NCBI GenBank assembly: GCA_044222185.1
Contig: JBGANV010000014.1
Location: forward strand, 9,361 to 73,360
DNA: 64,000 bases
Source of the DNA: Planctomycetota bacterium
GTDB lineage: Bacteria > Planctomycetota > GCA-002687715 > CAIWVZ01
Direction: 5' to 3'
The position numbers were made by a program, and so were the translations under genes. Of the stretch, positions 20,673 through 30,300 are shown one piece after another. How positions within the stretch are numbered: the stretch's first letter is position 1; every line of letters begins with the position of its first letter. The notes under the pieces are model-generated. The model ran no database searches and was not told where the DNA came from. It was given only the letters and a program-made list of their open reading frames with translations.

Positions 20673-21368
20673 GTGATCATCCCGTTGCGAGCGGAGTCCG
20701 GTTCGGATGCGATTCCGGTGGGGACCCTTCTGGTCCTCGCCGCGAACGTGATCGTCCACGTCGCCAGGTTCGTCGTCGAGACCGATTGGGTCGCAGCGGG
20801 GGCGCTCGCGTTCGGGAAGCTTCACCCGCACCAGTGGGTCACGAGCCTCTTCCTGCATGACGACTGGCTGCACCTGCTCGGCAACATGCTCTTCCTCTGG
20901 GTCTTCGGACTCCTCGTCGAAGCGATCTGCGGTGCGTGGAAGTTCGTCGTCGTCTTTCTGCTTTCAGGCGTGCTCGCGTCCGCGTTCGAGCAGATCATCA
21001 TGCTCGACATCAACCCGACGCTCGCCCCGCGCGAAGGGCCCGCCTACGGATTGGGAGCATCGGGCGCCATCTTCGGGCTCGCCGCCGCGGCGCTGCTGTG
21101 GGCGCCGACGGCACGCGTTTCCGGCGTCTACATGATCGGGATGCGCGCCGATACGTTCCGAGTGAAGGCCCGGACGCTGGTGGTCGGATACCTCCTGTGG
21201 GAACTCGTCGGGCTTGCGATGCTCGGATTCACCATGAGCTCCGAGCTCGGCCACGTCACGGGCGCCGTCTTCGGGTGGTTGATCGCATACGTGATGCTCA
21301 AGCTCCGTTGGGTGAACACCGAGGGATGGGACCTGCTGTCGGCGAAGAGCGGTCGCACGGCCTGGTGA
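20673..21368 (+). CDS. Rhomboid-family intramembrane serine protease
   Basis: FLH..WLHLLGNMLFLWVFG, catalytic GASG and TM6 GHVTGA; GTG start after a GGAAGGAGG RBS. Confidence 0.9.
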   Translation: MIIPLRAESGSDAIPVGTLLVLAANVIVHVARFVVETDWVAAGALAFGKLHPHQWVTSLFLHDDWLHLLGNMLFLWVFGLLVEAICGAWKFVVVFLLSGVLASAFEQIIMLDINPTLAPREGPAYGLGASGAIFGLAAAALLWAPTARVSGVYMIGMRADTFRVKARTLVVGYLLWELVGLAMLGFTMSSELGHVTGAVFGWLIAYVMLKLRWVNTEGWDLLSAKSGRTAW

Positions 21369-21557
21369 CCCGATCGGAACGCCGCTGCAACCTCGACGGC
21401 GAGGACGTCCGACGGACCATGGGGCTGGCGCGGCTTCGGCGTCGGCGGGCGTTGGCCGCCGAACACGCGGAGGCACGGCGATTCCTCGCGTGCCTTTCAC
21501 GACGCGTGGCGAGCCGGCGACGCCGCGCAGCAAACGTGCGGCGCGGCGTCCCTGCGA

Positions 21558-24500
21558 TCACGGCACGTAGTAGACGACCGTGAGCGTCGGCGCGCTCCCC
21601 GACGTTTCCGCCGAGAAGAAGCCGATGGAGTCCTGAACGGCGTCGTTGTCGCTCGCCGTCTGGTACCGCAGGCGGATCTGCGTCGGACCTGCGCGGTTCA
21701 CCGCCGCGAGGCCCGTGGAACCGATCGGCGAATCCGACGCGGCGCCGTTGGAGGCGGGCACCGTCACCGTCATCCCCTTGCTCACGAAGACGAACCCGCC
21801 GGGCGTGTTCTGGAAGTCGTTGACCGCGAGCGCCGTGCTGGCACCGAAGTACCCGGCAACGATGTCGCCCCAGAGCGAGCCGAACGGGGTGGTGTTGCCA
21901 GACGATGCGCCGCGCACGAGGTGAAGCGACGCCGTGTCGACGACCGCCGTATCCGGAAGCGTCGACGTGTCGAACGACACGAACCCACGGAACTGCTGCG
22001 CCGAGGCGTTGTCGCCCACGCGGATCGCGTTGCCGGTGTTGTTCGTGGCGTTGGCGCTGCCGCCATTCCCGCCAGTGCCCTCGGTGATCCACCCATCCTC
22101 CGCGGCGATGGACGTGAACGTCACCGTGACCAGGGTCTTGAACACTGCCGTGACCGTGTGAGGTCCGTTCATCGTGAGCGTGGTCGTGAGCGCGGTCGCG
22201 TTCGCGATGTCACTTGGTGTTCCGGTGGTGCTCCAACCCAGGAACTTGCAGCCGGCCGGGGACGTCGCCGTGAGCAGCACGGTGGACCCATGGGGGACGC
22301 CGCCGTTGGGCGTGTCCGCGGTCGCGGATCCGCAGCCCGTCGCGCTCAACGAGAATGCGTGGACTTGCTGGATCTTCGGTGCACCCCACAGCGAGAAGTC
22401 GCCTTGCGCCTTGGTTCGGCCGTGGACCTCGAACTCGATGTCCACCGTCTTGCCGGCGTAGGCCGCGAGTGAGACGTCGCGCCGGCCCGACCACTGGTTC
22501 GAGCGCCACTCCGCCGCGAACTCGCGCTTGCGAACGCGCGTCGCGAGGTCCCGTACCCAGATCGAGTAGTCGACGCCGTCCGCGGAGAGATTGCCGTCCT
22601 TGATCCCGATGTAGGTGCTGAGGGCCAGGTCGGCGACGTTCGGCAGCGTGAGTCGGCGCCAGCGAGCCGTCTTTCGCTGACCCAGGTACGTCGCCGCAGG
22701 CTGGGCGATCGACGGCTTGACGACCCCTCCGCAAGCCGCGGTGTTGTCCACGAAGTGGTTGTTCGCCGTCCCGAAGTCGATGAACTGGAGCTCACCGTTC
22801 GTGTCGACGAGCGGATCCGTCCCGTAGATCTTCAGGTTCTCACCCATCCCGGCGCCTAGCTTCTGGATGAAGTCGTAGGGGAGCGTCACCGCGAGGCTCG
22901 ATGGTCCTGGGGGCCGAGGCGCGCCCTTCTTCGCCATCATCAGCGAGCGGATCTGCGACGTGAAGCTGTTGTTCTTCGCGAGGACGATCTCGCTGGGAAC
23001 GTAGATCTGGCCGGCGAGCTTCGACGGGTAGATGGCGATCTGCTCGATGGGAGCTCCGGGCGGCATCGATGCCGCGAGGTCCACGACGAACCACTGCCAT
23101 GCCGCCGTGTCGGAGTGGATCGGCACGTTCGGGATGAAGACGATGTTGCCGGCCGATTGGATCGCCACGTCGATGGTCGTCGGTTTCGCGATCCCCGTCG
23201 TGGACGTGAAGTAGGCGAGCAGGCAGAGGTACGGATAGTCGTCCACGAGCTTGCCGGTCATCACAGGCGACAGGACGACCGCCGCCGGCGTCGTGCTGAA
23301 CAGCTGGCAGTTGTTCGCGCTGCTACCGCCCGGGCACGGCGGCGAGGAACCGACCGGGCAGAATCCTCCGGTGGTCCACGTGCCGACACCTGGGACCGAG
23401 GAGAAGCCCGTGCACGTGGACTTGTCCCAGGTCCAGCGCATCGTCATGTCGAACGCCGGCGCCTCGGTCGAGCCCCAGTACATGGGGCTCAACATCTGGG
23501 CACCGTGGGTCCACGTCGATTGAACCGAGTCGATGAAGGCCTGCGATTCGTCGAACGTGCCGGCGGTGCCCGTGATGTAAGGGCTCCATTCCGGACAGCC
23601 CCAGGCATCGTCCATCGCGGCCAGGTTCAGATACTGGGCGCGGTGGGTCAGCGTGTCGTGCGAGGTGTAGATGGTCACACCGGCGAAGCCCCCGTTGCTG
23701 CCGATCTGTTCCCACGAGTCGAGCCACTCCTCGTTGTGAGGCGTCGCGCGACTCACGTGAACGGACGAATTGGGACCGGCCGCGTGATTGAAGATCCGGT
23801 TTCCGGGAACGCCGGCCGACCGGAGCCACGTCACGAACGTCTCGACGTAATCCTCGAGCACCTTCTCGCGGAAGTTGCACCACAGATGCCAGTACGCCGT
23901 CCGCGGCGCGCTCAACAGATGCGGGTAGTTCCGGGGCGGATCCACGGCTGCCCAGGTCGCGGGGGGCAGGGTGTGGTCGAAACCGAAGCCGCCCGACGTC
24001 GGATAGTCGACGCGGTAGTCGCTCCAGAAGGTCCTCCCGTCGCCGTTGGAGTCGACGGTCGGCGACGAGTCGTTGTAAACGGTCGAGGCCAGCCAGTTCT
24101 GGAACGCCGTGATCATCAGCGGGTTGTAGTCCTGGACCGCCGGCCGATTCCCGCTCGTCGAATCGTAGGGCTGCTTCGAGAGGGGCGCGCCGCCGCTGAA
24201 CGAGCCGAAGTGGATCTCCGGGTCGAGCATGAAGCCCGCCAGCAAACCCTGGTATCGCGGCAGGCTGGCGTACGCGAGGACCTGCTGTGCTCCCATCGTG
24301 ATGTTGCGCTGCAGGTAGGCCAGGTACTCGGAATGCAGCAGGCACGGCTGAGCCCACGAGAACGCCGCGAACGATCCCGAGAGGTCGAACGTCGCGGGAT
24401 CGTCGTCCGGGTCGACGACGTTCGACACGTCGTACATGCAGTAGCCCTTGCCGCGGGCCTCCATCATCAGGTCGAGGTCGACGTTGTCGGCCGCGAACGA

Positions 24501-25109
24501 AGCAAAGTTGATGTCAGCGTCGTGCCCCGGCGGCCGCATGCCACCGTAGGAGCCTGCGGCCTGAATCTGGAATGCGACGGGGATCCCGGAGTAACGCGCC
24601 CACTCGAACGCGGCGATCACGCGCGGCAGCTTGGCGAGCGTCGGCTGGCCCGTGAACCAGCTGGGCGCATCGTCGTCCGTCGAGCCCGTGAACCCGGTGA
24701 GCACCTCCGGAGGCATGTCGGCCATCGTCACGCCCGGGGGTGCGGGGACCGCCCGCCACTCCGGGCAGCGGTTCGCGAAGTACATGTAGTCCTTCGACTG
24801 GCCCTCGGTGATGCTCGAGTACGACAGTTCCACGGCCATGCCGACCTTGGCGTAGTGTCCGCCGCCGGTCTCGGGCGACGCGTCGCCGCCGCCGGCCATC
24901 TTCTTCACCATGGGCGCGACGAAGTTCGGGTCTCCGCCGAAGACGACGTACATCGTCTGGGAGTAGTCCGTGGATGCGGAGTAGGCCGCCGGCACCGGTG
25001 CCGGCGGGGGCGGGTTCGGCGCTGGTGACGGCAACTGCGCCGTGACGCGTGTGAGCGCCGTCGACACGAGTGCTGCCAGGAGACAGGAGCGAAGGACGCG
25101 GTGACTCAT
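21558..25109 (-). CDS. Secreted multidomain putative glycoside hydrolase (clan GH-A/GH42-like TIM barrel, carbohydrate-binding-like modules, InlB-B-like repeat, DNRLRE-like C-terminus)
   Basis: Signal peptide ending VTA-Q. Candidate acid/base LDPEIH and nucleophile WGCPEW, DYNP...AFQNWL and W..FR segments; NPCBM-like DGVDY...SLAAYAGKTVDIEF; C-terminal EDGW...VGD...RGFVSFDTS.LP. Confidence 0.6.
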   Translation of the reverse strand: MSHRVLRSCLLAALVSTALTRVTAQLPSPAPNPPPPAPVPAAYSASTDYSQTMYVVFGGDPNFVAPMVKKMAGGGDASPETGGGHYAKVGMAVELSYSSITEGQSKDYMYFANRCPEWRAVPAPPGVTMADMPPEVLTGFTGSTDDDAPSWFTGQPTLAKLPRVIAAFEWARYSGIPVAFQIQAAGSYGGMRPPGHDADINFASFAADNVDLDLMMEARGKGYCMYDVSNVVDPDDDPATFDLSGSFAAFSWAQPCLLHSEYLAYLQRNITMGAQQVLAYASLPRYQGLLAGFMLDPEIHFGSFSGGAPLSKQPYDSTSGNRPAVQDYNPLMITAFQNWLASTVYNDSSPTVDSNGDGRTFWSDYRVDYPTSGGFGFDHTLPPATWAAVDPPRNYPHLLSAPRTAYWHLWCNFREKVLEDYVETFVTWLRSAGVPGNRIFNHAAGPNSSVHVSRATPHNEEWLDSWEQIGSNGGFAGVTIYTSHDTLTHRAQYLNLAAMDDAWGCPEWSPYITGTAGTFDESQAFIDSVQSTWTHGAQMLSPMYWGSTEAPAFDMTMRWTWDKSTCTGFSSVPGVGTWTTGGFCPVGSSPPCPGGSSANNCQLFSTTPAAVVLSPVMTGKLVDDYPYLCLLAYFTSTTGIAKPTTIDVAIQSAGNIVFIPNVPIHSDTAAWQWFVVDLAASMPPGAPIEQIAIYPSKLAGQIYVPSEIVLAKNNSFTSQIRSLMMAKKGAPRPPGPSSLAVTLPYDFIQKLGAGMGENLKIYGTDPLVDTNGELQFIDFGTANNHFVDNTAACGGVVKPSIAQPAATYLGQRKTARWRRLTLPNVADLALSTYIGIKDGNLSADGVDYSIWVRDLATRVRKREFAAEWRSNQWSGRRDVSLAAYAGKTVDIEFEVHGRTKAQGDFSLWGAPKIQQVHAFSLSATGCGSATADTPNGGVPHGSTVLLTATSPAGCKFLGWSTTGTPSDIANATALTTTLTMNGPHTVTAVFKTLVTVTFTSIAAEDGWITEGTGGNGGSANATNNTGNAIRVGDNASAQQFRGFVSFDTSTLPDTAVVDTASLHLVRGASSGNTTPFGSLWGDIVAGYFGASTALAVNDFQNTPGGFVFVSKGMTVTVPASNGAASDSPIGSTGLAAVNRAGPTQIRLRYQTASDNDAVQDSIGFFSAETSGSAPTLTVVYYVP

Positions 25110-25336
25110 CGTGGTCCTCGAAGTCCCAGACGTGCTGGGTGCTTGGTGGTGCTGTGGGCCACCCGCTCCAATGCCGCGCCCGGGGCAGTCGTTCCCCGAC
25201 ATCGGTTCGCGCCGCTTCGTCAGGCGTGGCGGAAAAAATCACGTCGCATCCTCGCCGCGCCGTCGCCTGTCAGGTCAGGGACCGGTCCGGCGACGGCACG
25301 GGCTGTGCTGACACGCACGCAGAGGAGACCTCGAAG

Positions 25337-25552
25337 ATGATGAAGCCCAATCAGGACGTTCTCGCCGGCAAGTGGAAGCAACTCGTGGGCAAGGCCAAGC
25401 AGAAATGGGGCAAACTGACGGACGACGAGCTCCTGCGTACCGAGGGCCGCGTGGAACAGCTCACAGGCCTCGTTCAGGAACGGTACGGTAAGGAACGCGC
25501 CGCGGCGGCGGCAGAAGTGACCGCCTTCCTCGAGGAGTGCGGCTGCAACTAG
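25337..25552 (+). CDS. CsbD/YjbJ-family stress response protein
   Basis: GKWKQLVGKAKQKWGKLTDD...EG..EQL.G.VQERYG; GAGGAG RBS. Confidence 0.93.
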   Translation: MMKPNQDVLAGKWKQLVGKAKQKWGKLTDDELLRTEGRVEQLTGLVQERYGKERAAAAAEVTAFLEECGCN

Positions 25553-25728
25553 CGCGCTGTTCACCGGCATCGAACCGCGACGACGCGTCCCATGAGCGTC
25601 GTCGCGGCAGCTGCGCGCGACGCCGTTCCGTCGGCGTAGGCCGATCCTGCGGCGTGCGCCGGCTTGTGGCGTGCCTCACGGTGCGCACCGCCCCGCCGAT
25701 GCGAGGCGGCTCGGCACGCGTCGAGCGT

Positions 25729-27102
25729 TCATTGCACGGTGAATCGGATCGCCGGCGACACGCATCCCAGCCCGCCACCCGTCACGTCGAGGCAGATGCC
25801 GTCGAACGCGAGCCCGGGTGGAACAGCGAAGGGCCCCGCCGACGCCGATGTTCGTGCGGCGATGAAGTGGAATGGCTTCACGCCGACGGGCATCCCGATC
25901 TGCCAGAGGAGTTCGGTCAGATCGTTCGCGCACAGTCCAAGCAGCGGGCCGCTTCCCGGATCGCCTCCACAGAGCTGCGTGCTGTACAGGTTGAAGTACT
26001 CATGGCCCGGGACCATCTCGCAGTTCGTGATGAACATCGCGGTTCCCGGCCCACTGGCCTGCACGATCTCGAGGATGGGCCTCGGCGACGACCATCGCGT
26101 GAGGTAGCCAGCGGATATGCTGCTGCTGCACGCACACCCACCCACGACCAGGCCAGCACGAAAGAGCTGGAAGGTGGCGACGGGCGCGGTGAGACCCGAG
26201 TCGAGCGCGTGCCACGAGGTGCCGTTCCATCCCGCAACGCGGAGTGCTGGTACGCCACCTGCCGTCGTGAACGCTCCACCGGCGATCAGTTCGCCGTCGA
26301 ACGTCGTGATGGCGCGCACTCCGGAATCCAGACCGGCTCCGAGCGCATGCCAGTCGACTCCGTCCCACGCCGCGATCCGGTTCGCGGGAATGCCATTCGC
26401 CGCCGTGAAATACCCACCGGCGATCAGCTCACCGCCATGGGTCGCGAGCACTGCGACGTCTCCGTTGATCGATCCCAGCGAACCAGCCGCCGAGGCCATG
26501 AACCCGCGGCTGATCTGCGTTTGATGGTTCACGATGTCGAGTAGCGCCCAGGTCACGTCGTTGCCGTGGCTCGTCACCGCCGTGGGAACGACCATGGTCA
26601 TCGGCGCATCGACGCTCCACGACGTCCCATTCCAGCGTGCGCGGACGCCGATCGTGCCCTGATGACCCGGGTCGGAACTCGTCACCGATCCACCGGCGAA
26701 CAGCGCGCCGTCGTGAACCGTCATCGTTCCGATCGACATCCCGGCCGTCGGGAGCGGCAGCGGTTGCCATGTCGAACCGGTCCAGGCGGTGAGGCCGCCG
26801 CATTCGGCGATCAGAGTCCCGTTCAGCACGGCCAGTTCGCGAATCGGGTCGGCGACGCCGGCCCCGAGTGCGCTCCACTTGGATCCGTTGAACGCGGCGA
26901 CATGGCGTGCGGGGACGCCGTCGGCGCTGGTGAACCCACCGCCTGCGATCAGTCGACCGTCGTAGACCGCGAGCGCCGTCACGGCCCCATCGAACCCCGA
27001 ACCCACCGTCGACCAGGTCGGGGGAGGACATTGACCCGGAGTCGCGGGCGCCACGGCGACGAACACCACCAGCACCAACCAGGACGTTTGAAGCCTTGTC
27101 AT
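25729..27102 (-). CDS. Secreted beta-propeller-like repeat protein with type II C-terminal domain
   Basis: Signal peptide ending TPG-Q; repeats LIAGG.FT.A.G.PA..IA.W.G..W..LG.G; C-terminal domain homologous to 17808-20399. Confidence 0.82.
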   Translation of the reverse strand: MTRLQTSWLVLVVFVAVAPATPGQCPPPTWSTVGSGFDGAVTALAVYDGRLIAGGGFTSADGVPARHVAAFNGSKWSALGAGVADPIRELAVLNGTLIAECGGLTAWTGSTWQPLPLPTAGMSIGTMTVHDGALFAGGSVTSSDPGHQGTIGVRARWNGTSWSVDAPMTMVVPTAVTSHGNDVTWALLDIVNHQTQISRGFMASAAGSLGSINGDVAVLATHGGELIAGGYFTAANGIPANRIAAWDGVDWHALGAGLDSGVRAITTFDGELIAGGAFTTAGGVPALRVAGWNGTSWHALDSGLTAPVATFQLFRAGLVVGGCACSSSISAGYLTRWSSPRPILEIVQASGPGTAMFITNCEMVPGHEYFNLYSTQLCGGDPGSGPLLGLCANDLTELLWQIGMPVGVKPFHFIAARTSASAGPFAVPPGLAFDGICLDVTGGGLGCVSPAIRFTVQ

Positions 27103-27364
27103 GGTAGCCCCCAGTTCTGCCTGCCGAGCCGAGTCGATCGTAGAGAGGCGACGGCGGCCGAGGCATGCCTCCTAGGAGGTAGAGCCGCCGCAATGGGCGT
27201 AGGCCATTCGGCTTGGGCAGTGCCGGCAGACGAGGTCCGACCGACTGGGGCGCGGCAGCCACGCGTTGGAGCGCGCCGCCCTCGCTCTCGTCGCCGATTC
27301 GTCCGCGCCTGTTAGGTCCGGACCGCGACCGCCTTCTCCTGGTACCCCATCAGGAGACTCATTC

Positions 27365-30300
27365 ATGATCCCGCGCATCGCCGTGATCTGCCTCGTCGTG
27401 TCGGTTTTCGCCGGCGCGCAGATGGCCGACCTCTCACTCCACAACGTGCCGGTCGACCTCGCCTCGGGTCCGCGCACGAACCCCACATCGTTCCCGACGA
27501 TCGTCTGGACGGAGACGCTCGCGTTCCCGGGCACGACGTGCGTTCAGGTGCATCTCGCCGACCTCGCGCTCCAGGACGAGGACGACGCGCTCGTCGTCAC
27601 GTCGCTCGGTGACTCCGACCAGCAGGTGCTGCGACTCTCGAACGTGAAGTTCTGGGAGAACCACTCGGCCTGGTTCAACGGTCCGGGAGTGACGCTCGAA
27701 CTCCGACTCGCGCCGGGCTCGTCCGGGTCCGTGACCGTGGACTCGGCTTGGGTTTCGGCGCCGACGATCGCGCAACCCGACACGATCTGTCAGACGGACG
27801 ACCGCACCCCGTTTGGAAGCGGCGTGATTTGTCGCCTCGTGGCGTCGGCGGCACAGACCGGCGGCGGATGCACGGGGTTCCTGGTCACGAACACGTCCAT
27901 GATCCTCTCGGCCGGAAGTTGCGTGGGTACTCAATTCACCGTCGCCGAATTCAACTGTCCGTTCTCGACGACGGGCGGTCTGATCGTTCATCCCGCGGTG
28001 GCCGAGCAGTTCCCGGTGGACTCGTCGACGATCCTGTCCGCCAACGGTGCCGCCGGTGCCAACTGGGCCGTCGCGCGGCTCCATCCGAACAGCACGGGCG
28101 GGACGGCGGCTGGAGCCCACGGGTTCCTGACCGTCGCCACGAGCTACCCGACGCTCGCCAACGTCGCGTGCTCGGTCCGCGGGTATGGCGCCGATGCGTC
28201 ACCCGACCCCACACGCAACTTCGTATTGCAGAGTGACACGGCGACGCTCGCGTCCGTGTCCGGTCACGTGCTCCATCACACGTGCGACACGAACACTGGG
28301 AGCGAAGGTTCCCCGATCCTCGTCAACAACGAAGTCGTCGGGATCAACACGCACGGCGGATGCAACCCCACGCCGATCTCGCTCTCGAATGCGGGCACCG
28401 GTGTCCTCGAGTCCTCGCTCCAGGTGGCACGGACGGCGACCTCGGGTTGCGCCACGGTGACACCGCCGGATGGCAACCCCGTCAACGCGCCGTGCAGCAA
28501 CACGATCCTCACGATCGTTCCCGTCGCCAGCCAGTGGAACGTGGTGGGTGTGAACGGCCCAGGTGACTGGGACGTCGCGGTGAGCGGTGTCTCCTCCACA
28601 CGACCAGGCGGTTCCGCGGATTTCGTGTTCGCGGACGGACGCGCGGGGACGATCCCGCCCGCCAGCGGCAACGTCTTCAACTCCTTCAGCGGTTCGAACG
28701 CACCGGTCCAGTTCCGCAGCGAATCGAACATCATCAATGCGGGCGCTGCCGCCCAGTTCAACTGGAACGCGCTCGACGTCTTCCGCGCGTTCGCGATCAA
28801 CGTGACCAGCGCGGGCGGTCACGACGTCTTCATCCATGGCGACCCGCAGTTGACCTACTCGCTCTACACCGCTGCGGGTACGACGGCGTGGCGATCGCGG
28901 TCGGCTCTCACACCGACGGCCGCCGGTACGGCTGGCGATGGTGGGCAGGTCGGAGTGAATCTCCCCGTCGGCGTCCACCTGCTCGTGATCGCGCGGACCG
29001 GGGGCGTGGGCACCGTGCCCCAGACTCTCTACACGGTGAACGTCTGCCCGTCGGTCGCAGCCGTCACCGTGCCGGTGAACGGGGTCGCGTCATCGACGGC
29101 CGCGTGCAACCGGCTGGGCGTGACTCCGGTCTCCGTGCAGTGGAACGTCGTGATGCTGGGATCGTTGTCCGACTGGAACCTGGGTGTCGGCGCGGCGCAG
29201 TCGAATTCGCTCGCGGCGAGCACCGAGTGCGTGGTGGCAAACGGAACGCTCGGCGCCGTGACGCCGAACGTCGGATCGGCCTGGCGTGTCGGCGGCAGCC
29301 TCGGAGCGACGTTCGAACATCGCACGCCGGCAGCGATCGCGGTCGGATCGGTTGCGACGACGACGATCCCGGCTGGATCCATCGGGCGCGCATTCGCGTT
29401 CACGATCACGACGCCAGGACAGCACGGCATCATGTTCCCCGTGGCTCCGTCGAGTTTCGCCTGGCAACTCTTCGACGCCGGGACGTCGCCCGCGTGGCGT
29501 GCGAAGTCGGCGGCCGTGGCGTCGGGGACCGTATCGGCCACGCCGGCGACGGTCACCCTCACCGCGGGTCAGTATCTGCTCGTCGCCCACGCGGAGCCGG
29601 GCCCCGTGGCCGCGTCCACGCTCATGCGCGTCCTCGTGGCTCCGACCGTCGCGACGCTCACGCTCGTGCAGGGGACGACCAACAGCGCCAACGGCGCCGC
29701 CACGCCGTTCATCCACACGCCTCAGCCCAACGTCTGGAACGTCGTCGCAGCCACCTCCGACGCCACCACCGGCGACGACCTGACGATCGGTGCGGTCGAC
29801 TCGGCAGGGAGCGGCAACGGAGTCGCCGAGATGCTCGTCGCCGATGGGCACGCGGGCGTGATCGACGCGACGCCGGGCATCGTGACACGCACCACTGGTG
29901 CCGCCTCGATCTCCATCGAACACGCGGTGAGAACCCTCCTGCCGTTCAATTCCGTGCTCAACGACTCCATGGGAACGGCGGACGTCGTGCGGCTCTACGA
30001 GTTCAACGCACCGGTCGCGGCGTCCTACCAGATCGTCGTATCGGGCGCTCCGAGCCTGCGTTTCCGCCTCTACGCGCCGAGCGGTTCGTCAGCCTGGGTG
30101 CCGAAGCTCTCTTCCATCGCGAACGGACTCGCCAACGGCGGGACGACGCTCGTGTCGCTCGCGCCGGGAGCCCACGCGCTCGTCGTTCATCGCGACGGTG
30201 CGACGGGCACGGCCGCGTCCTACAGCCTCACGGTCACGCCGGCGCCCAGCGGCCAGCCGGCGATCACCGGACTCTCGCCCGCCACCGTGACTGCCGGTGC

